From: a virus
Taxonomy: Duplodnaviria; Caudoviricetes
Virus record (IMG/VR): IMGVR_UViG_3300037067_007090
Coordinates: 23,831-87,830 of that record
DNA length: 64,000 nt
Direction: 5' to 3' (one strand)
The translations under genes and the position numbers were made by a program. Below, one piece after another: positions 29,045 through 36,984 of the stretch. The notes under the pieces are model-generated. The model had not been told where the DNA came from. It made no database searches and saw only the letters and a program-made list of their open reading frames with translations. How positions within the stretch are numbered: position 1 is the stretch's first letter; every line of letters begins with the position of its first letter.

Positions 29045-31398
29045 TATCTTTGGAAAACACATTGTTCATTCCGCGCGCGCTTGAAAACAGAGTTAAACTC
29101 ATTAAGTTAAAACAGAAATCCAAAATTCCCGACCAAGATACTTGGAGTGTCGAAAATAGCTTCTTCCCGAATGATACAGAAATCATAGATCATGTATCTT
29201 CGGGAAAAAATTATGGTATAATCCCAATCAACAATACGATAGTAATTGATTGTGATACCGAAGAATTATATTCGACAATCGGGGGACATTGGAAAAAAAC
29301 ACTTACTGTGATTACTGGGAGAAGTGGAGTTATCGGAAGACATTTGTTTTTCGATTGCCCCGACTCCCCAAAAGATAAAATATTAATAAATGATCCAAAT
29401 AACCCAAAAATACAACTCGGGGATATAAGGGGCAGCGAATCGCCATTTTATACAGTTGGCGCTGGAAGCATTCATCCAGATACCGAAAGAAAATATAAAT
29501 ATAAAGACCCGAATGCTTCTTTGATTTCTATATCTTGGAAAGATATTCAATCTGAATTGCTCGACAAATTCAAATTAAAAATCAAAGAAGAAATACCAGT
29601 CAAAACAAAAAACATTGCACAAAACCCGTTGACGAATAAACTAAATTTGCGAATAGAAAATTTCGCTATGCCAACCGGTAAAATCGAAAGGCGCGCAAAT
29701 GGAGATATACAAGGCACGCATCCAATACATGGTTCCACTACAAAAATGAATTTTGCTATAAATTCGAATAAGAATGTCTTTCATTGTTATCGTCACGACG
29801 TTGGTGGCGACCCGATATCTTGGATAGCGTATGCACATTGTGGTGTTCCAGAAGAAGATTGTAATAAATTAACAGATGATCAATTTAAAGAAGTTGTTGA
29901 ATGGTTACGTGACAATGGTTTTGAAAAGGAACTTAAAGAACTAGACGAAAAATATTCACCAAACTTAAATGTAGAAATAATAGATGAAAGATCTATAAAT
30001 AATATTATAAATCAAAAACCCCCTACTAAAACCACAACTACAAACAATCCACCAATTGTTGGTAACACAATCGACATGGAAATAAAAGCTGCAAATGACA
30101 GATGTAAACTTCCAAATTTTCCCGAAATTGACGAAGGGTTATTTAAAGAATATATAGAATTAGGTAAACGAGTGTCATATTCTTTGCACGAATTTCACTT
30201 TGCGGCATTGCTTTCAATTGCATCAATGGCTATAAAAAGAAGAGTTCTTATACAAGTAGGGATGACAAAAATTTATACTAATGTATTTGCAATGGTGGTC
30301 GGTCATACAACAATTAGTGGAAAGTCCGTAGCATGTAATATGGCCATCGATTCATTTTCCCAAGCAATCATCCATGAAGAAAACTTAAATAAATTACAAT
30401 CAACCAATCTTCTCCGTGGGACAATAAGCGAACCCGCACTTATTCAAGGATTGGATGAAACATATAATTCCCTTTGGTATTACGATGATTGCGCTGGATT
30501 TTTTGAAGATGCTGGTAATTGGAATGCACATGTTCTTGGAACATTATGCAGTTTATATGATTGCACTGCAATTGAAAGAACGCTTTCAAAACGCGGAAAA
30601 AACGGGGAGAAATATAAATGGGAATGCCCAACACCATTTATGTCTATATTATTCAATACAACGAATAAAGATATTGAAACTGTCGCAAGCGCACGGTTGT
30701 TTTCATCCGGATTTTTCCCACGATTAATGTGGTTTTATGGTCAGGGTGGAACACCGAGGAAGAACGAAAATGTATCTGAAAGCGATAAGAAGATTACCAA
30801 CAATGTGTTTAAAGAGATTGTTGGGTTAAGAACAAAACTTGAAATATATCCAGATGATGGTATTATATTTGGGGTATGCAACGAAATAGAAGATTGGAAA
30901 CTTAACTCAACGCTTGGAAAACTTGGTGTTGAAGACGAATCATATAGAACATCAATTTCAAGAGGGTTTATACATGCGTATAAAATTGCAGTGATCCTTA
31001 CTATGGTCGATAAAGAATTCCAAAGAAAAAATATACCGGAAAGGTTAAAAAAACTTGAACCCGGTGAAATATATCAACCAATAGTGCTAACAATTCCCCA
31101 TAAACACGCAATGATGGCAATAAAGATAGTAAACGATTATCTTATACCACGTATGATGTATGTATACGATCTATGCAATAATTCGGATATGAAAAACCAC
31201 CAAGTGATTGTAAGAAAGGCTATAATTGGATTTGGGGGTTCCGTGGAAAGAACCAAACTTTTAAAGAAGACGCATCTTAACAGCAAAGACCTTAATACTG
31301 CATTGAATACTATGGTAGAATCTGGAGAAATAAAGATGTATGAGAATAAAAAGACTGGTAGCGATAAACCAACAACATTTGTTATCTTAAATGATTAG
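29041..31398 (+). CDS. primase-polymerase (Prim-Pol) fused to DUF3987-like helicase domain
   Basis: NYGI...VIDCD...GRHLFF...GDIRG...VGAGSIHP; degenerate Zn-binding HPIHG...FHCYRH; SGKS Walker A-like motif; C-terminal wHTH-like region. Confidence 0.85.
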   Translation: MISLENTLFIPRALENRVKLIKLKQKSKIPDQDTWSVENSFFPNDTEIIDHVSSGKNYGIIPINNTIVIDCDTEELYSTIGGHWKKTLTVITGRSGVIGRHLFFDCPDSPKDKILINDPNNPKIQLGDIRGSESPFYTVGAGSIHPDTERKYKYKDPNASLISISWKDIQSELLDKFKLKIKEEIPVKTKNIAQNPLTNKLNLRIENFAMPTGKIERRANGDIQGTHPIHGSTTKMNFAINSNKNVFHCYRHDVGGDPISWIAYAHCGVPEEDCNKLTDDQFKEVVEWLRDNGFEKELKELDEKYSPNLNVEIIDERSINNIINQKPPTKTTTTNNPPIVGNTIDMEIKAANDRCKLPNFPEIDEGLFKEYIELGKRVSYSLHEFHFAALLSIASMAIKRRVLIQVGMTKIYTNVFAMVVGHTTISGKSVACNMAIDSFSQAIIHEENLNKLQSTNLLRGTISEPALIQGLDETYNSLWYYDDCAGFFEDAGNWNAHVLGTLCSLYDCTAIERTLSKRGKNGEKYKWECPTPFMSILFNTTNKDIETVASARLFSSGFFPRLMWFYGQGGTPRKNENVSESDKKITNNVFKEIVGLRTKLEIYPDDGIIFGVCNEIEDWKLNSTLGKLGVEDESYRTSISRGFIHAYKIAVILTMVDKEFQRKNIPERLKKLEPGEIYQPIVLTIPHKHAMMAIKIVNDYLIPRMMYVYDLCNNSDMKNHQVIVRKAIIGFGGSVERTKLLKKTHLNSKDLNTALNTMVESGEIKMYENKKTGSDKPTTFVILND

Positions 31399-31399
31399 T

Positions 31400-31733
31400 G
31401 TTAAATAAATATAATTAACTTAATAACTTTTGTTTTACTTAATTATTTTTAATTAACTTATTAAACTACATGTTCAATCATTATAAATAAATTTGATTTA
31501 ACATGATTAATTATTATAATATATTGTAAATATATTTTATTTAACTTTTCATATTTATTAATCATTTCTATTAAATAGCAAGTTCACAAAGTTCACAAAG
31601 TTCACAAAGTTCACAAAGAGTACGTAGTTATCATACCCTATTTTTTAACGTCGTAGTTACTTCTATAATAGATAGGGTCTGTGAACTTTGTGAATTTTGT
31701 GCGTTATGTGAGCTTTGTGCGTTTTGTGAACTT
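31400..31733. repeat. putative replication origin: AT-rich tract plus inverted 9-bp iteron arrays
   Basis: AT-rich 31400-31579; AAGTTCACA x4 (31580-31615); TGTGAACTT-like x6 in the opposite orientation (31680-31733); directly after the primase gene. Confidence 0.75.
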
Positions 31734-31980
31734 GGTAATACGTATACTCGTTTTCCATCGGAAATGATGGTTAAATAAATTTTTTAATACGCGCGTTGTT
31801 GCCAATGGAAAGCGCGGTTTCCCTATCAATTTTCAAAACCATGAACACTTACTCACAAAACAATAGAACCGAGAAATCTTACGCAGGTATTGCGGCTCTA
31901 TGTTGATTTTGTTGTGGGTGTCGAAAATGGTTTTGCTTGTGTGGGAAAACTATATAATGTTTGAATGCGTATAGTTTGGT

Positions 31981-32172
31981 ATGGAAGATAGTGTTGAAAA
32001 TGCACAAAAAGTGCTTAACGAATTAAAGGAAGATATTAACGAGAGAATTAAAGGTCTCAGCAATATGATGCAGAAAGAATCTATCACCCCAACACAATTC
32101 GTGACAATTGCAGCAGTAAAAGGTGAACTTGAACGATTTATTGATGCTTACCCAGAACTTAAAAATTATTGA
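31981..32172 (+). CDS. hypothetical protein
   Basis: 63-aa ORF downstream of a TATA-like site. Confidence 0.55.
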   Translation: MEDSVENAQKVLNELKEDINERIKGLSNMMQKESITPTQFVTIAAVKGELERFIDAYPELKNY

Positions 32173-32183
32173 GGAGTGGTAAT

Positions 32184-32432
32184 ATGGTCGAAAAACTACA
32201 CACAATCCACTACATCTGCGTCTGGAACTATGCCAACCTTCCAGACCCCATTAAGAGTTGGATGGAAAAAGAACACATTGCAAGAGATGACCTTGATTGG
32301 ATTGCATTGGTTCCACCGTGTTACTCGGATGTATGGATTAATTGGTTAGAAGAACCAGTATTTGGTTGCTGCTCCGTAAAGACATATGATTTCGGTAAAG
32401 ATCACAATCTCGTGTTTGGGTATCATGCATGA
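32184..32432 (+). CDS. hypothetical protein
   Basis: GAGGAG RBS before ATG 32184. Confidence 0.55.
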   Translation: MVEKLHTIHYICVWNYANLPDPIKSWMEKEHIARDDLDWIALVPPCYSDVWINWLEEPVFGCCSVKTYDFGKDHNLVFGYHA

Positions 32433-33256
32433 AATTCCAATACGCATTTATTCTATGCATTTTATTCCTTCTCATTGTCGGTTGCACCCAAACCGTGCCT
32501 GCGCCCATAAATAACAACGGTAATCTTGCTGTTCACTTCATCGATGTTGGTCAAGGAGATTCAGAACTTGTCCGATTTCCCAATGGTGAAACAATGCTCG
32601 TGGATGCAGGCACAACGGATTCCGAAGTGTCGGAACTTGCGTATCTAAAGAAGATTGGTGTAACACACCTAGACGCAGTGGTTGCAACCCATCCGCATGT
32701 GGATCATATTGGTGGTATGGAATACATTATCACGAATGTTCCAACGTCTGAATACATTGATGGCGGATCAACTTCCACAGAAAAAACTTATACTTCGTTG
32801 ATGACTAAAATTCCCAACCACGTGATTGTTCGTCATGGAGATTCTATTGTTTTAGACCCAAACGTGTCTGTGAAAGTTTTGAGCAGTAAAGGATATGTTG
32901 ATTCCGAAGATTTGAATGAACAGAGCGTGGTTTTACAAATCACGTATGGTAGAAATACATTCTTATTAATGGGAGATGCCGGATACCCGATTGAAACTAA
33001 ACTTGTGACGAGTGGCGATGAATTAGGCGCGGATGTTTTGAAGGTTGGGCATCACGGAAGTTCAACGGCGAGTAGTGTGCAATTTTTAAATGCCATCGTG
33101 CCAAGATATGCGGTGATTGAAGTTGGAGCGAATAATAAATACGGACACCCGACGAAACAAACACTGGCGCGGTTGGAAAAGGTGAAAGTGTATAGAACGG
33201 ATTTGGGTGGGACGATAGTTATAAGTAGTAATGGGGATAATATAAGTGTGATATGA
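32429..33256 (+). CDS. ComEC/Rec2-family metallo-beta-lactamase-fold lipoprotein
   Basis: lipobox-like LIVGC; FIDVGQGDS, THPHVDHIGG, GDAG, LKVGHHGS, NKYGHP. Confidence 0.9.
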   Translation: MKFQYAFILCILFLLIVGCTQTVPAPINNNGNLAVHFIDVGQGDSELVRFPNGETMLVDAGTTDSEVSELAYLKKIGVTHLDAVVATHPHVDHIGGMEYIITNVPTSEYIDGGSTSTEKTYTSLMTKIPNHVIVRHGDSIVLDPNVSVKVLSSKGYVDSEDLNEQSVVLQITYGRNTFLLMGDAGYPIETKLVTSGDELGADVLKVGHHGSSTASSVQFLNAIVPRYAVIEVGANNKYGHPTKQTLARLEKVKVYRTDLGGTIVISSNGDNISVI

Positions 33257-33257
33257 A

Positions 33258-33527
33258 ATGACCTGCCCAAATGCTCCATATGGAATAGTAGACTCCGCAT
33301 ACATCGAAGGTGTTGAAAAATACGCTGGCAAAAAGTTCACGCGCATTGGAAAGTTCAATCTTGAACTCTTGTGCGAGACATTAGAAAAGGTATGCGCGGA
33401 AACTTCTGGAGAAGTAGAGTTACTTTCGTTATCCGATATCGAAATGCCTATGGGTGGAAAGGCAGGTATGTTTGTGATTAAGTATGATGGGGAGAATTAT
33501 ATTGCGTTGGCTGGGGTGAGGGAATGA
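33258..33527 (+). CDS. hypothetical protein
   Basis: 89-aa ORF in operon. Confidence 0.55.
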   Translation: MTCPNAPYGIVDSAYIEGVEKYAGKKFTRIGKFNLELLCETLEKVCAETSGEVELLSLSDIEMPMGGKAGMFVIKYDGENYIALAGVRE

Positions 33528-33733
33528 CTCCAAAAGACGCAGATGATTTAAAACAGATGGACGCTTCGATAGAAAATCACATCCGACGAATTGAACGATT
33601 AAAAACTTTAAAAGAAGTATATGATCGTTTAGAAGGAATGTCATATCAAGATTTCGAAAGTGGGTGCAAACACGCTGTTGTAGATTGGTCGGATATTGAT
33701 TGTTTGTTTGCAGAGTTAGGAGGAGAGGAATAA
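33524..33733 (+). CDS. hypothetical protein
   Basis: 69-aa ORF in operon. Confidence 0.55.
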   Translation: MTPKDADDLKQMDASIENHIRRIERLKTLKEVYDRLEGMSYQDFESGCKHAVVDWSDIDCLFAELGGEE

Positions 33734-33873
33734 ACTATGATAACGATCAACGAACTTGAAAATTATTACGTTTATAATCAACCAATATCAGAAAGAAGTA
33801 GAATCAATGGTGTTATCAAAGTTGACGAAACCGCGTGGAAATCAGAAACTGATTTTAATGGGCCGGTGAAAAA

Positions 33874-34581
33874 ATGAGTGACGCATTATCGGATATTCGA
33901 AAAGCAGATCGTAATAGACCGAGATATTCACAAGTTGAATATGAAGATGCTATTAGAAAGGCGAGAGAAGAGGAAAGGAATAAATGTCCAACATTCGACA
34001 GTATTGCTAACGAAATACGTTTAACTGACGCCGGATATGTTAAATGCAAATTTGATGGTAAGTGCGAGTGTGACACGTGTGGAAAGAAAAGTAAAGAACT
34101 TTATACACATCTTGATTGGGAAACAAACGAATCTGACGGTTGGGTTTGTCCAGATTGTGCTTTTAAAGTATTACGCGATGCGCGCACCGAATCGTTCTTG
34201 TTTAATCAAGAAATAGAAAATGATCACATAAAAGAAATACAAAAAGAAGCAAATCCGTTTAATAGATCGTGTTTAGGAAATATTCATGACTGCCCATGTG
34301 AAGACGAATGCGGTGCAAAAAGCGATTGTTTTAAATTTGCCAATATTATAAATAAACACGAAATAATATCTACCCACTGTGGTTATGAGAAGGCATTAAG
34401 TGATATGAAAAATCGTGCCGATTGCGGATTTTATATTAAAGGGGTTTCGGACACGCTGGAAGGTAGGATTTATAAAACTATAGAATTACTTCAAAATTCT
34501 AATATGATGGATTCTGAAGAGCAGTGCAAAATGTGTGAAGAACAACTCGGTTCTGCATATTGCATAGGATGTAAAGAATGA
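33874..34581 (+). CDS. Cys-rich hypothetical protein
   Basis: several CxxC motifs; GGTGA RBS. Confidence 0.65.
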   Translation: MSDALSDIRKADRNRPRYSQVEYEDAIRKAREEERNKCPTFDSIANEIRLTDAGYVKCKFDGKCECDTCGKKSKELYTHLDWETNESDGWVCPDCAFKVLRDARTESFLFNQEIENDHIKEIQKEANPFNRSCLGNIHDCPCEDECGAKSDCFKFANIINKHEIISTHCGYEKALSDMKNRADCGFYIKGVSDTLEGRIYKTIELLQNSNMMDSEEQCKMCEEQLGSAYCIGCKE

Positions 34582-34779
34582 AATAAAAACTAAAAGTTGG
34601 CGGGACGCTGCCCGCCTATTGTATCGATTGTGGAGATTTGTTGTGTGGTATGGTTTTCTTCTAACCTCGGTTTGTTTTAGGAGTGCCGACCCACTCCATG
34701 AAAAGATAGTTTGTTCTTATTAATAAACTTTTCGGTTAGAAGGAAAGGTATTTAAAGTTAAAACGCATATAATATTGCC

Positions 34780-35328
34780 ATGAGAAAATATTGTGCTATG
34801 GTAGATGTTGACAACACCCTCTTCGATTTCGCCACGCCATTATACGAAATGTTTATAAAGGATGGAATTAATATTTCACCACCCACAGAATGGAATATTT
34901 GGGATTATTTTTATCCCGAGTACATGACCAGCAAAGTAGCGCACGAGTATTTCAACAATGTGCATTCACATCAATTGGAATACGAGCCATTTGAAGATGC
35001 GCGCGTATTTTTGAGAGATTTGATGATGTATTATAAAGTGGTAATTGTATCTCATAGGCGACCGCACCACTGTGGCATTCTAAAAGAATGGTTAGATATT
35101 AACCATTTGTCATATGATGAAGTTAAATGTTCAAACGATAAAACTAAAATGTTTGACAAAGATGTTTTCGATGTGGTTATTGATGATTGCCCTATGACAC
35201 TAACGGCGGCGAAAAATGCAGGCATTGTTGGTTACGGATTGATTCGTCCGTGGAATGTTGGATGTAAAGACGGGGTGTTATTGTCTACATTGACGGAGAT
35301 TGGGAAGTGTGGGGGTTGGATAGAATGA
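34780..35328 (+). CDS. HAD-family 5'(3')-deoxyribonucleotidase-like hydrolase
   Basis: VDVDNTL (DxDxT), VSHR, K, IDDCP. Confidence 0.85.
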   Translation: MRKYCAMVDVDNTLFDFATPLYEMFIKDGINISPPTEWNIWDYFYPEYMTSKVAHEYFNNVHSHQLEYEPFEDARVFLRDLMMYYKVVIVSHRRPHHCGILKEWLDINHLSYDEVKCSNDKTKMFDKDVFDVVIDDCPMTLTAAKNAGIVGYGLIRPWNVGCKDGVLLSTLTEIGKCGGWIE

Positions 35329-35534
35329 CTCGTGCGGATTATTGGAATCAACAGATAGCATTTGACTGCCCAATTACAAAGAAGCGACATACTTTAAATG
35401 ATTGCTTTCATAGATGTCAAGAGAATGGTTTTGAATATTTAGAATCTAATAAAAGGGTAGAGGCATTTTTATATTGTTGTTTAGATTCGCAAGAAAGGTT
35501 TTTACATGACGGAAAGGTTAGGAGAGATCTTTGA
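35325..35534 (+). CDS. hypothetical protein
   Basis: ATGA overlap; Cys motifs. Confidence 0.5.
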   Translation: MTRADYWNQQIAFDCPITKKRHTLNDCFHRCQENGFEYLESNKRVEAFLYCCLDSQERFLHDGKVRRDL

Positions 35535-35597
35535 ACTGTAAGATAATATCTAATAGTTGGGTTATCACCACAGTGTGATAATCAGAAGAATATATTA

Positions 35598-35870
35598 GTG
35601 ATAATAATGCTAGACAAATATAAACGCTACCACATCGGACGTATAATCCGCGCGACCAATAATCTATTTAAAGAGCCAGATTCCATCTGCCATAAGTGTC
35701 ACAACGTGGAAGGCGATTTAAATTGTTTCTTTTGTTTTTGTCCGCTATACGAAGAATATGAGTGTGGTGGCGATTATGTTATTCTGAATAACGGGTTGAA
35801 GGATTGTTCGGGTTGTTTGAGACCACACATGAAGGAGTTTATTGAGGAGCAACTTTTAAAAATAATGTAA
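35598..35870 (+). CDS. cysteine-rich small domain (zf-like) protein
   Basis: NCFFCFCPLY...CGG...NGLKDCSGCLRPH. Confidence 0.8.
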   Translation: MIIMLDKYKRYHIGRIIRATNNLFKEPDSICHKCHNVEGDLNCFFCFCPLYEEYECGGDYVILNNGLKDCSGCLRPHMKEFIEEQLLKIM

Positions 35871-35917
35871 TGTTGGAAAAGTATATATACTTTAAAAACA
35901 ATAATGTATGTGTTGGA

Positions 35918-35990
35918 GTTCGCATAGCACAATTGGTAGTGCGTCGGGATTGCAATCCGAAGGTTGGGGGTTCAACTCCCCCTGCGAACT
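35918..35990 (+). tRNA. tRNA with anticodon TGC (Ala codons) but non-Ala acceptor identity
   Basis: acceptor GTTCGCA/TGCGAAC, D-stem GCAC/GTGC, anticodon stem TCGGG/TCCGA with loop ATTGCAA, T-arm GGGGG-TTCAACT-CCCCC; TATA ~25 nt upstream. Confidence 0.8.
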
Positions 35991-36047
35991 CCTTCATCTT
36001 GTGTTCCGCATACACATGAAACCTGCGGTGGAGTTCGCAATAAAATT

Positions 36048-36081
36048 GGGCATCTCGCGGTTCATATCCGTGTGATGCTCT
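36048..36081 (+). ncRNA. tRNA minihelix-like element (acceptor stem stacked on T-arm)
   Basis: GGGCATC-T-CGCGG-TTCATAT-CCGTG-T-GATGCTC-T. Confidence 0.5.
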
Positions 36082-36171
36082 TATCAAGTGCACGAAAATA
36101 GATAAAATCGTGCATTATAATGTTTGGAGTGCACGAAACTTTTAAATACTATAAAATAGAATTAACAGAGA

Positions 36172-36792
36172 ATGTTACCAAAAACTTTATATATAACAAT
36201 TTTAGTAATCACGATTTTCGCCGCCGGTTGCACCTCCGTTCAACCAACCGTAGTAGAAAATGTGCCTACTCCGGTTGCGGTCACACAGACATACGTGACC
36301 ATTACAGATACACCAACCGAAATACCGGGCCCTGCACCCACGAATGATATGGGCGCGTGCTTCAACCGATCAGACTCGGTGTATCCGGATTATTGTTACG
36401 ACTACTATTATTGGGTCAAACCAACAACTACACCCGTGGGTATGGGATATACTGCTAAAGTGTGGCAAAATTCGTCGTGCGTTTATAGGAACCGGACGAG
36501 TGATGAATGCGAAATGTGGGGGGATGATTCTTGGACGGCGATCTTCATGAAAAATCTGACGGTGGTTAGGAATATTAGTGGAATTAACATTACAGAGGTC
36601 GTTGCAGCCGCGTCTTACTACAATGATACGTGGGGGTTGAACGTGGTGAATGGAGCCGACTTTAATAGTTTTGTAAAGGCATACTGGAATGGAATTTACC
36701 CCGATGTGAAATATGATAAAAGTTTATTTGCGCCGGATAAGAATGTTAGCGTGGTTGTAACAAATGCGACCTTCAATCCTGCTGCGTTTTAG
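36172..36792 (+). CDS. secreted lipoprotein-like protein
   Basis: signal peptide ending FAAGC, Pro/Thr-rich linker, several N-x-S/T sequons. Confidence 0.7.
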   Translation: MLPKTLYITILVITIFAAGCTSVQPTVVENVPTPVAVTQTYVTITDTPTEIPGPAPTNDMGACFNRSDSVYPDYCYDYYYWVKPTTTPVGMGYTAKVWQNSSCVYRNRTSDECEMWGDDSWTAIFMKNLTVVRNISGINITEVVAAASYYNDTWGLNVVNGADFNSFVKAYWNGIYPDVKYDKSLFAPDKNVSVVVTNATFNPAAF

Positions 36793-36873
36793 AAACGGAA
36801 TAAATGGGATTTTAGATATTTTTTGTTATTTTTATATAGAAACATTTATATACTATCAATTACAATATTGTAA

Positions 36874-36984
36874 CACACTTTGATAAAGTGATTTTGTAAT
36901 GCAATGTGATGTGATGTGTTGTCATGTTCTGTATTGTTTTGTGATGTAATGTTATCTGGCGTATTGTAATGTTTTCTACTGTAT
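36874..36984 (+). ncRNA. hairpin + TGT-NN pentamer array (18 units); putative guide-like RNA
   Basis: BRE/TATA AGAAACATTTATATA ~36838-36852; hairpin CACTTT-GAT-AAAGTG 36876-36890; units TGTAA TGCAA TGTGA TGTGA TGTGT TGTCA TGTTC TGTAT TGTTT TGTGA TGTAA TGTTA TCTGG CGTAT TGTAA TGTTT TCTAC TGTAT (36895-36984). Confidence 0.65.

Noticed and set aside
31580-31733. CRISPR or mini-CRISPR array
   Set aside because: Repeats are 9 bp and contiguous with no spacers; better explained as iterons. No CRISPR array was seen anywhere in the window.
35839-36093. 84-aa minus-strand ORF
   Set aside because: Reverse complement of tRNA(TGC) (GGVEPPTFGLQSRR pattern).
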